The translations under genes and the position numbers were made by a program. Positions 11,752 to 24,553 of a DNA stretch of 40,642 nt are shown one piece after another; positions within the stretch are counted from its first letter, which is position 1; each line of letters opens with the position of its first letter. The DNA comes from Octopus bimaculoides. Lineage: Eukaryota. The notes under the pieces were generated by a model. The model was not told the origin of the DNA. It did not search any database and saw only the letters and a program-made list of their open reading frames with translations. Location of the stretch: NCBI RefSeq assembly GCF_001194135.2, contig NC_069010.1, positions 755,808 through 796,449 on the forward strand, in the 5' to 3' direction.

Positions 11752-14700
11752 NNNNNNNNNNNNNNNNNNNNNNNNNNNNNNNNNNNNNNNNNNNNNNNNN
11801 NNNNNNNNNNNNNNNNNNNNNNNNNNNNNNNNNNNNNNNNNNNNNNNNNNNNNNNNNNNNNNNNNNNNNNNNNNNNNNNNNNNNNNNNNNNNNNNNNNNN
11901 NNNNNNNNNNNNNNNNNNNNNNNNNNNNNNNNNNNNNNNNNNNNNNNNNNNNNNNNNNNNNNNNNNNNNNNNNNNNNNNNNNNNNNNNNNNNNNNNNNNN
12001 NNNNNNNNNNNNNNNNNNNNNNNNNNNNNNNNNNNNNNNNNNNNNNNNNNNNNNNNNNNNNNNNNNNNNNNNNNNNNNNNNNNNNNNNNNNNNNNNNNNN
12101 NNNNNNNNNNNNNNNNNNNNNNNNNNNNNNNNNNNNNNNNNNNNNNNNNNNNNNNNNNNNNNNNNNNNNNNNNNNNNNNNNNNNNNNNNNNNNNNNNNNN
12201 NNNNNNNNNNNNNNNNNNNNNNNNNNNNNNNNNNNNNNNNNNNNNNTGTGTGTGTGTGTGTGTGTGTGTGTAAATGATTCAAGGAAATGCCCTGGATTGA
12301 TTTACATTTGGACACTACTATTTTGGTTAATGCCTTTTTCTGTGTACTAACAGCTTTTGAGGGTTCACAGTGTTTGTGAACCCTCGGGTGCATACACATA
12401 ATGTATGCTTGTTGCTACTTACCAAAGTTAAGTGTAATTTTCGCTCCTCATAAGCGATTTCATCCTAGAAATTCCTGAATGTCTAGTGTGGAATTTCTTT
12501 AACATTCAACTTTGTAGTGAGACAGGCATTATGATCTTCTGTGGATACACAAGCACATTATTACACATCGAATACAAATTCGAAACTGTGTTACGTCAAG
12601 CCACACGTATTTTTTTTTTTTGTTTTGTTTCTTCTAATTTCACAATTTATTTCATTTTCATGATGAGCTCATCCGCTTCTACTTAATTTTTATTTCTTCC
12701 AATGCCGCAGGCAATTCATGCACAATATTGAACAATATATTCTTTATTTCATTTTCGGCTCTTAACGCCACTATCATTGTGTCTTCTAGTGGTTCACTGC
12801 ATTTTGGTATTACCCAGACAAACCATCTGCATGTCCCAGTTTTTCAGATGGCAAATACTCTAGCTTGAAGTCATAATTTNNNNNNNNNNNNNNNNNNNNN
12901 NNNNNNNNNNNNNNNNNNNNNNNNNNNNNNNNNNNNNNNNNNNNNNNNNNNNNNNNNNNNNNNNNNNNNNNNNNNNNNNNNNNNNNNNNNNNNNNNNNNN
13001 NNNNNNNNNNNNNNNNNNNNNNNNNNNNNNNNNNNNNNNNNNNNNNNNNNNNNNNNNNNNNNNNNNNNNNNNNNNNNNNNNNNNNNNNNNNNNNNNNNNN
13101 NNNNNNNNNNNNNNNNNNNNNNNNNNNNNNNNNNNNNNNNNNNNNNNNNNNNNNNNNNNNNNNNNNNNNNNNNNNNNNNNNNNNNNNNNNNNNNNNNNNN
13201 NNNNNNNNNNNNNNNNNNNNNNNNNNNNNNNNNNNNNNNNNNNNNNNNNNNNNNNNNNNNNNNNNNNNNNNNNNNNNNNNNNNNNNNNNNNNNNNNNNNN
13301 NNNNNNNNNNNNNNNNNNNNNNNNNNNNNNNNNNNNNNNNNNNNNNNNNNNNNNNNNNNNNNNNNNNNNNNNNNNNNNNNNNNNNNNNNNNNNNNNNNNN
13401 NNNNNNNNNNNNNNNNNNNNNNNNNNNNNNNNNNNNNNNNNNNNNNNNNNNNNNNNNNNNNNNNNNNNNNNNNTAACTTTGTAAAGTTTGTCGTGGGAAG
13501 CATACTTTTTATTGCACTCACCACTCTTGAAGTGTCTGGTCTGTGTCCATTTTCATCGATAATCTGCCCTAGAAATATTATTCTTAGCATACAAAATTCA
13601 CACTTTTCCTCGCTGAGCTTAAAACCACAATCGTTTGGTTCTTCGAAGACCTTTTTAACATGCTCAGCATTCTGACCACGAGAATCACTTTTTATGAGTA
13701 GGTCGTCAAGGGAAGATATAGCGAAATCCGAACCTGCGAGCATCGTGTCCATAACCTATTGGAAAATTCCATGTGCTACCTTTATACCAAAGGGAAATCG
13801 ATTAAATTTATACAATCCTTTGTGGGTATCTATTGTCCATAATTTTAAATATTCCTCATCAACTTATACTTGCAAGTATGTTTCAGATAGTTTCAACTTT
13901 GGAAAAAATTTTCCTCCATTCAACTTCGCGGAATTTTTGGTTTAAATACCGCTATATAATAACGTCAAGCTTTCCACGTCTCTCCAGTTCTCCGTTAACT
14001 TGTTTCAACGCGGGGTTAGTTACAGTTCGTTTTGGTTTAAATACCGCTATAGCGTTTTCTTTCCCTTGAAAATTCACATTTTTGATTCAAAGACCTAATT
14101 CATCCGAAAAACAAACTCAAGGAAAAGTCTTTTTAATTCTTTTTTAAATCCCCCAACGCCTTATTTGGACTGACGGAAGAACCATTCACATCTTTACGAA
14201 AAATATTTATGGAGAGGTCTCATGAGTTAAATAATTCCATCCAGTCTGTTCCAAATAAATTTGTCTTATTATTCAGTACATANNNNNNNNNNNNNNNNNN
14301 NNNNNNNNNNNNNNNNNNNNNNNNNNNNNNNNNNNNNNNNNNNNNNNNNNNNNNNNNNNNNNNNNNNNNNNNNNNNNNNNNNNNNNNNNNNNNNNNNNNN
14401 NNNNNNNNNNNNNNNNNNNNNNNNNNNNNNNNNNNNNNNNNNNNNNNNNNNNNNNNNNNNNNNNNNNNNNNNNNNNNNNNNNNNNNNNNNNNNNNNNNNN
14501 NNNNNNNNNNNNNNNNNNNNNNNNNNNNNNNNNNNNNNNNNNNNNNNNNNNNNNNNNNNNNNNNNNNNNNNNNNNNNNNNNNNNNNNNNNNNNNNNNNNN
14601 NNNNNNNNNNNNNNNNNNNNNNNNNNNNNNNNNNNNNNNNNNNNNNNNNNNNNNNNNNNNNNNNNNNNNNNNNNNNNNNNNNNNNNNNNNNNNNNNNNNN

Positions 14701-15715
14701 NNNNNNNNNNNNNNNNNNNNNNNNNNNNNNNNNNNNNNNNNNNNNNNNNNNNNNNNNNNNNNNNNNNNNNNNNNNNNNNNNNNTCTTATCCGTTTCCGGT
14801 CGACACGCATGTATCTGTGAGCAATATTTTTCTTCAATTTTATCCGCACCATATCTTAAATTAATAATTCTCTGGCATTCTTTAGCCACTGCCTGTAGAG
14901 TTAAGTTTGGGTCCTGTTCAAATTTTGTTAATTTGCATCTTTGCTTGCAGTTAGCCCTTGAACAAAAATTAGACATTTGAATGTGTCCGGGGTAAATTCA
15001 TTTAATTTGAATTTTTCATACTCTCTGTTCACAACCCCAGTATAGGTGACGAAATATTCATCATCTTTTTTTTTTACTAAATTTAAGCACTGCCAGCGAG
15101 TATTAAACAGGGAACTTGTTTCGCTGAAAATTTTCGATAAAACATTTTCTTCATATAAATTTCAGATGACGTAGGTTGCGATTATACTGAAATTTGTCTT
15201 TCATCATAACCATACGTTTTGATGATGTAGAGTACAATTATGTTAGAGAAATTACTTTTGAAGCATATTCCACCTTTTCCTATCTAGAATGTATTATTAA
15301 ATGCGCATGGTTTCCATAAAAGGAAATTTTTTAGAGATACTGACTTAATTCAAAATAAAATAAAATTATTAGTTGTGAATTTGTTATTTGTTATGTTACA
15401 GGCCTTAGAACATCCCCACGTGATCACTGGATTCATGCAATTTCTAGCATACTAAATGACCACATAAAGGATGGGCTACTCTTGTGTTTGTTTGAGAGAT
15501 AGATTAATGTGGCGAAGTTTAGACAAAGTAATAGCCGATTTTTTCATGAAATCCGATACTGTCTTGGTGAGTGGTATTATTCTGAATTTGTTTTCTGGCC
15601 AAGCAAGTGCGATTACACAAATAAGATACAAAGGAAAATTAGTCGTAATATACCAGAAAGATTACACAAATTGGGAATCAAATGTGTGAAAATAATTTAA
15701 CGACTGCAAGTAGTG

Positions 15716-15770
<55 letters not shown>

Positions 15771-18136
15771 AGACGAAGTCACTACTGTCGCTACTCTATT
15801 GTTCTATATTTTTTGTGAATTATAAAGCTATTCATCAAAGTGATAATATTCTGGAATTCTTTCTTCACCCATAATTTCCCCACAGACATCAAACACATCG
15901 ATCTGACCAGCCTGTGAGTACTCCACAAACTGAGGGATGCTGTCTCTCTGCATTTGAATAGTTTATAAAAGAAAATAGAAACTGAAATGCTTACCTGAAA
16001 CAAACATGAATTATTATTGTAAGAATGAGAAAGACAAATGATATTCCACAGCCAGTGTAGGATATAATAGATAAGGCGTTGTCTGTCTCTCCTTCAGTCT
16101 GGTAGACATTCTACAATAGAAAGAAACAAACATAGCTTAGCTCTTCCTACTACTCCTTTTCTAATATGTCAGTCAATACTTAGGTAACGAGTGTGCATGA
16201 TGCTGATGTAGAATGTGAGGACTACTGTATGCTGCATTAATAATGTTCCAGGTAACGTTGACACTAATAGAAACAACATCAAGGATCTGACTATTTAATC
16301 TCAGTCTTCGTGATGTTAGCGGATGGCAGTGACTTTTTACAATATATCAACCTTATATATTTACCAAGATACTCTGCACCACAAAGTGCAGTGGACTTTA
16401 AAATCAGTTACGCATAGACATAGAGTGAACAAAGATGTGCACTTAGCTCAGCTTTCCTTTAGGCTGAAATAGTTACCATAGACAAGGGAAGGTTTTATTG
16501 TAGATAGCAGAGGTATTGTTTGGATGCATGTATATTATTGAAATGAAAGTCTCAGGTGAAGAAATGACATCTCTACCCACTTCAGATCAATGCTGAAGGA
16601 ATTACTATGCGTTACATTGGGAATGGTAGTTTCGTACATTTAAAAGGAACCGTCCGGTGTATGAACTGTAAAGAGCAGCGATGACAACTAGAACGGCAGT
16701 GACTTTTTACAATATATCAACCTTATATATTTACCAAGATACTCTGCACCACAAAGTGCAGTGGACTTTAAAATCAGTTACGCATAGACATAACTGCCAA
16801 CTTACGGGTAATTAACGACTTGTCAAAATATTACCAACCATTAGTAAGGCAAAACTTGTAAGATGGTCGCAGCAACAAACTACTTCCATTCCAGATTCAT
16901 GTTTGGATACGGATTTATAACAGCCATTCGGCGACCAACGGGGACTCAGTCCTGGGCTTTCATCCCAGTAAACGCATTGTAAGTTGCTGGCATTCTGAAA
17001 AAAATTAAACACTGATAATTTGATCAAATTACCTTGCAATTAGAATATATGTAATTATAATGTGACGCGTTTGACTTAGAAAACACCGAATAAACCATGG
17101 TCATCACTGTTTGGTTGGTATTGCCATTGTGAACTCCATAATACATGCTGTGACATAATTCAACTGATCATTTCATCTTGTTTATAAATCTATGTCTTTT
17201 CTCATAATTTACACAGAATCGTCATAACAATGGAAGAAAATGACATTGGATGGAGTAGTTCTAGAAATACCTAATGAAATATAAAATGATACGGTGTACA
17301 CGGCTGGGATGTGTTTCATCATAGGTCTACTGGGTCAGGGATGGCATGAACATTAATAGCAACAGCAGCAATAATAAATACACAGCTATTACCTGATGTA
17401 TTAGATTGAAGGTTATATTAAGTGGCTCGTCAAGCTTGTTTATTGTAATGTTAGGAACATTGGCAGCAAGAACATGGCTGTTGATTCTAGCATTTTGCTT
17501 GGTACTAGGGTTTTGTGTTACCTGTAAAGAGAAGTTATTAAGTAAATCAATTTATTCAATGGAATACATTGCTAAGGCATGAAACGATGAAATGTTTTTG
17601 TTGTACTTAGACATCGTTACTTTAGTAAAAACAGCACAACTTAATAAAATATATACTCGTTTCAAACTTTGGCACAACGCCAGCAACTTTTGGGGTGGGA
17701 TAAGTCTATTACATCAAACCCAGTACTAAACTGGTACTTATTTTTATCGACTGTGAAAGAATGAAAAGCAGAGTCGACATCAGCGAAATTTGAACTCAGG
17801 ACGGATGAAGTGGCTCTATGCATTTTACCCAGCATGCTAACTATTCGCAAGTCGAAAGCCTGGCAATAATATAATATATATATTACAAAAAAATATCCCA
17901 TGTGGATTCACACGTGATAGTTGAACTTGTTCAAAGGGACGGATAATTTGTTTAACACTGAAATTGTTTACATAAAGGTTGCCGGTATTTGAGTAATTCT
18001 CTTGGTAATCAACGAATCCCACGTTCAATTTCACTGCATAACGTCTTGAGTAAATGGATGTCTAACACAGACTCCGGTTGGTAATTTGTTTTGTAATCCA
18101 TTTGTAAGTATAAATGTGTGTGTGTATGTATGTATT

Positions 18137-18168
<32 letters not shown>

Positions 18169-21100
18169 CGCACACACGCACACACAGACACACAGAGTAA
18201 AGTTTCTTTGTTTCTTGTATTAAGCAGTATTCAGAAATGCTCAGATAAAAAACCCGAGACGCAAAGATATAAAAAAAATAAATGTTAAGGAGAATTTCAG
18301 ATAGGTTCAGCAATTTAATCATACATATATTTTGTCACAGATCAATGTATATCAGTCTTTAAAATATACCAATGTATCAGTGGTCAAAATATTTAAACAT
18401 TAAAAGTTCATGAATATACAACTATATAAAAATCTAATATACATATATAAATAGATGAGTGAAAATAGGTTTGAATGGCGTTGTAAAAAAATATTAAGAA
18501 TAAAAGTACGCCCTTACAAAAAGGTGAATAAAATAAAGTTTTCTGAAGAGCGAATAAAAAAAAAAACAAACATCCTAGCGTTGAGGTTGGAAAATTTAAA
18601 AAAGCATATGTAAATAATCAGAGAGAATAAGTAATGCTGTTAAGGTAAACTGTTGGTGGTTATCCTCTAACAGCTGTTTCAGGAGTACAGTAATCTATAG
18701 ATTTTAAGGGTATTTTCACTCCGACAATTGGATACTGCCTCCTTCATCAGAGAGGATCTTATTCAGGATTCACATTTTGTGCATACTGTATCCCCATCTT
18801 CTGGTCACTTCTAAAGATTGATATGCATTGATCTTATGGCAGAATGTAGTCATGATGACAGCGTTTGGATGCTCCGAGCTTTGTCCACCTTATGTTTAGC
18901 ATATTCACTCACAAGGATTTGGTATGCTCGGGCTATACTAAAAGGAACTTGCCCAATGTGCCGTGCAATCATACTGAACACAAGACCACACAGTTAGATT
19001 TGCGAGATTCTCAAAAATACGTATATGTATATACAGGGGTTGGACAAAATAATTGAAATACCTAACATCGTAGCATCATAATTTTCAAATATCTATAAAA
19101 CAGTCAAAAGCTTGTTTATTTTTATGTTTTTGATTTATAATTTGTGTTACTTAATATGTTTTGCTAAAATTGCTGTTTCTTTTCAGATATCATCAGAAAA
19201 AAGTTAACTAAAATTCATGAAAATGACAGATATGTCGGACTTTCAAAAAGGTGAAATTGTTGGTGCTTGTATGGTAGGCGCTAGCATAACGGAAACAGCC
19301 GAAATGTTTGGTGTATCAGGAAGTACTGTCTCGAAAGTAATGAGAAAGAGAGAAAAATCTCTTCGTCATAACAAAAACTCCGGAAGAAAACCAGAACTTT
19401 CAGTTCGGGACCGTCGGACTCTTACGCGAATTGTTAGAGGGGATCACAAAAGTACAGCACCCAAAATTACTGAAGAGCTTAATGACCGCCTCGAAAACCC
19501 AATTCCCACAAAAACTGTTCGTCGGGAGCTGCACAAAGTCGGATTTCACGGGAGGGCTGCAATCAGAAAACCACTACTTTCCCAAACAAACGTTGCAAAG
19601 CGTTTAGAGTGGAATAAAAACCTACAGAATTGATACCAAGAGCAGTGCAAGAATGTTATTTTCTCAGACGAGTCATCCTCTACCTTAGTTTCAACCAGCG
19701 GCCGAGTCTAGTGTAGAAACAGACAGAAGAAGCGTTTGACCCAGACTGCCTTCTTTCAACTGTTAAACATGGAGGAGCATCTGTGATGATCTGACTACTC
19801 TTGGAAATCCGCCGGCCCAATGGATTTCCTTCATGGCAGAATTAATAGTCAAGACTATTTAAGCATTTTATCTGATCAAATTTATCCTATGGTTGCAGAA
19901 CTGTTTCCAAAGGGAAACACAATCTTTCAGGATGACAATGCACCAATTCACACAGCTAAAGTCGTTACTGAATGGCATGAGAAGCATTCTAGTGAAGTTG
20001 AACATCTTACCTGGCCACCTCAGTCCCCAGATCTCAATACTATTGAACATTTATGGTGCATTTTAGAAAACCAAGTAAGGTAAGGAATCGATATCCTCCA
20101 CCATCATCACTATAAGAGCAAAGAGTGATTTCATTTATATCTGAGCAACTTCTACAGAAATCAACAAATGTTTAACTTTCTGATTTTTATATTTGAACAA
20201 AGACTCTAAATTAACTCAGAATGTCCTGTGTATTGGTCACTCTGTAGCGCTCCAATCGAGCTGGAACACCGGTTTCGGATGATTCTGTGTTTTTAATACT
20301 GCCTTAAGAGTAGTCAGTCCGAAATAAAACTCAAAACAAATGCCCTCCTGAGTTTGTATATGCGTAATAGATTGTTCACATACACATACTCTCATATATA
20401 GATACACGTACAAATTGGCAGTTGTATTAGTATTGTTTCAAAATGTATCAATGAATTCAAACATTCTCTTGTCAACAAGAACATTTTCCATTTTTGTTCC
20501 ATACCCTGTATAGTTTATCATCCCGCATGGAGAAAAAGTTTATCCGTGAAATGGATGCCCTTTCTTCGTCTTTCAGATGTTTTAATAAATTCATTGGTAA
20601 TGAAATAGAGGTCTTCATATCTGCTTCTTGTTGGTCGAGATTTGGTGAGTCATATATCTGGTGGGGAAAAATAAAGATAAATTGAAATTGATAAAGAATA
20701 AATAACACTACTACAATTGTTACTGCTATTATTGTTGTAACCCCTTCTTCTACAACCACTACACGTCTACAACATTGCAAGTAACATAATATCTAAACCT
20801 ACCAGTATCATACACTACCATTATCTCATACATAAGCAACCATTGGGGTTTCTACGTCGGTCAACTAATTATTGGTCTATTCAGTAATTTCCTACTTTCT
20901 GCTTCAATCGCTTTCTTGTCTTGGGATCGCAGTGACATGAAAACAGAAGTATTTTGTACAAAACTCTCTTTATCTCATTGTTTTCAACCAATGACATAAT
21001 TTTCTACTATTTATTCCTGAAACGTTTTGTAACAAACATACATACATAGAACCAAATACACACGTCTACTCCCTCAGCTACACATTACACATGATGATGT

Positions 21101-22227
21101 ATACAGATGAAACATGCACAAACTTGTTATATTTTTCTGATGAAGCAAATGATCAGAGAAATAATGCGGCCACATGTACGAATGTAAGTTCTAATTACTA
21201 TGCTGGGGTTATTGATGATCTATTTAATGTGATTGATACATCTGATTGATACATACATACATACATACATACATACATACATACATACATACATACATAC
21301 CGAGAGCGGGGACTGAAAAGTTGAAGAATTTCTTGCCTTGGGTAAGCAAAAATACGGGAGGATCAGTTAATTATGATTTTAATCAACATATTTCCCTCAG
21401 ACTCATGCACTTATTGCAGCGGTTCTCGTTGTTTTAAGTCTTGTAAAAGAACGCGGAAGGCTGGGCTTCCAACCAGTCCTTTCACGATTCCCTTTCAGCA
21501 TCTTCTCGTATACAAAGATAGGTATATGGATAGATAGATATATAGTTAGATAGAATTGTAAGCCGTATCAGATAAAAGAAGTACAATATCTACTTTATAT
21601 GACAATAAAGTTAATTATAATCCATTCTAATGTATTTTATCAACTTGGGTTTTTAGAAGAAACGGTTAACGAGAGAGTAATCATGAGATCGTTTTGTACC
21701 ATTGTGCTTCCTTCTGTTTCATTAGTTCCGTATGAAACCCCATAGAAAAGACCATCGAAAGTGTCCCTATTCACTTTGGCAACACCAATAGCAAGATTCG
21801 AGTATGAAACTGCGAATTGCTGCTCTTCCAGTGGAATCTTTTCTGGCATCGCTTCTATAATGTTCAGCAATCTGTGAGAAAATAAGTAAAACGACTTTCA
21901 ATTAACAATGTATTTCGAATACGTAATTAGCTTTAGGTGTAATTACACTAATTATTTCGCTTAACAAATTTTTGCATTCTACTCTTGCTTCTAATACTTC
22001 TGTTGTTGTTATGTTAGCGTTCATGCAACAACTTTTATCATTTATGCCCTGCAAATATGGCCGCTGCAGCTATTGCTATTTCTTTTTCTTCTTCTTCTTC
22101 CTATTCTTCTTCTTCTTCTTCGTCTCCTGCTGCTGCTGCTGATCCTGCTACTACTACTACTACTATTATTACTACTACTACCACCACCACCACCACCACC
22201 ATCACCACCACCACCACCACCACCACC

Positions 22228-22281
<54 letters not shown>

Positions 22282-22303
22282 NNNNNNNNNNACCACCACC
22301 ACC

Positions 22304-22361
<58 letters not shown>

Positions 22362-24504
22362 TCAAAAGTGATTTGTATATTACCTGCTGGCACTTCTCTT
22401 CTCTTGTTCTGCCCCAGCCAAAACCTCCTCTGGTATGTTTACCAAATTGTTGATAGAGCGAAGTGCATTATTCACAGTCACTTTCGATATCAATGGCACC
22501 ATTTTCTCAAGAATGTCTACAGCGAAGTTAGCATCATCTTCTTTGAAATACATTGATTTCTGTGATATACCTAAGACCTTTTTTGAAATTTTGTCGATGT
22601 TTCCTGGAAAATTTAACATGAAATTTAAATAAATTACAGTCGCGTTGAGTTGAAATATTAGATGCCAATTAAGTGTTACATAACAATTAATGAATCACCA
22701 GAATTTAATTAACAACTCCGACTCTAAATAGCACAAAGATTGCTGAATGCGTTCAGTGTATCAGCTGTATACTCATTGTTACACATCCTTAGTGTCTCCT
22801 GCTCTGTAACATTAACTGAAATAGTGGGGGAGTTATACAGTACTATGGAGTCTTTTATTGTTACTTGATGGTGGTGGTAGTGGGGGCTGCACATACATTA
22901 GGGTGAAGCGAATAATGCAACTTTCGAAATTGGTAACCAAGAATCGATATTTCGTTGCAAATTAGAATTAACAGAAAGGAGTATAACGATCTGTGCGGTT
23001 AAATATGTCTTTAGGCTCCGCAATGCCATTGGAAGTTTTGTAAACTGTTATTTTTGGTCGAGTTTTGGATTTCATTGATTATATGTTGTAACGAATAACT
23101 ACTTCTACATGTCACAATGCAAAACAGTAAATATAGTATCCTTAATAATTTGAATACCAAGTTTCAATACAATTGACTAATATCTTGACGTTCCGAATTG
23201 AATATAAATAGAACGGGAGTGTGAGCTTCTCTCCAGTGCAACTGCAACGGTCGTTGCGTGTGGACGTATGTTGTACGTGTGCGAAGTTCTCTACTTTGAA
23301 CCTTGACTTTAGGCCATTGCATTAAAATTAATTCTCGTGTTAAATTCAGTGTTGTTTACATTTAGTGAGGCCTCATAAACCAATAACACATCATGATATT
23401 GAAATGTTAAGCGTGTTGCGGAGTCAAAAGATATAAAAGTCAGAGCTTGAGATTTTAACAGACTAATTTTCCAAACAATTTCGCAAAAGAAAACCAATTC
23501 GTAACAATGAAGGTGAAAAATAAAGTGAAGAATGGCAAATATGTTATAAACTGATTTTTCGCTCATTATTAAAACTTTCTAGTGAGCGGCGGAGCTTGAA
23601 GATGTAAATTTAAAAACTTTAGATTGTAACAATGATTTTTAAAGGATTTCGCAATAAGAAATATATTCTTAAAAACATATTCCGAAAATCTGTGTAAAAA
23701 TTTTTTTTTTTTGCTCCACCCTGATGGCAACCAATGAATTACCACACACCAGCTATCATCGACAGCCATTAACACCAACAAAATTATCTTCCAACCACAA
23801 GGTGAATCTAGACAAAGCGGGTCACTTCTCTAAAGAATAATACAGGTTTCATATATTGGCACGTGACCAGAAGTTTTGGTAAAGGAGTTAAGCTGATTAC
23901 ATTGACCCAGTGCTCAACTGGTGCTTATTTTATTGACACTGAAAGGATAAAAAGCAAAGTCGACTTCGGCGGAATTTGAACTCAGAATGTAAAGACTCCT
24001 GAAATACCGCTAACGATTTTGCTTGGTGTGCTAACGATTCTGCCGGCTCACCGACTAATTTAACAATTGACAGATTTTTACGAAGGTCTAATGAGAAATT
24101 GAAATCATCCCATCACTAAATGCATATGAACATCTATTCAATTTTACGGTATCATAATAACATTTGAAAGACGTAAATTGCTTATATTCTCTGACAAACA
24201 TGTATGTAGGGTGCGTCATAGAAGATTTAAATATTTTATAACGTAATACATTCGAAGAGGTATGTATCAGTAATATCCCTGTTGCTTTCCTGCTTCTCTA
24301 TCTACTCAGCCTCTCTCAAGAAGGTTAACAAAAGAGTAGTTTTAATGATATAATAATAAGCTCAACCCGCCTAAGTAATAAATTCTTTCATAACATTTCC
24401 ATAAGTGAATCAAATGATTTGGACGAGATGAATACATTGCTGGAGAACTCGAAACAGAGAATACGGCGCATCACCTCTTGGTAGATAATTTTAATAACGA
24501 ACGA

Positions 24505-24553
<49 letters not shown>

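Noticed and set aside
15791-15950. Open frame just after the TM1 donor as the missing TM2 exon
   Set aside because: Would need a ~48-nt intron, and no frame resembles ADGR TM2
9141-21160. Other CTGATGA hits (about 2612, 9142, 21137; also 24864)
   Set aside because: No paired stem II and GAAAC/NUH arrangement, so not hammerheads
22042-22453. Poly-V/T/S/L/P ORFs here and at 26304-26781, 8328-8861 and 6910-7119
   Set aside because: Translations of trinucleotide microsatellites
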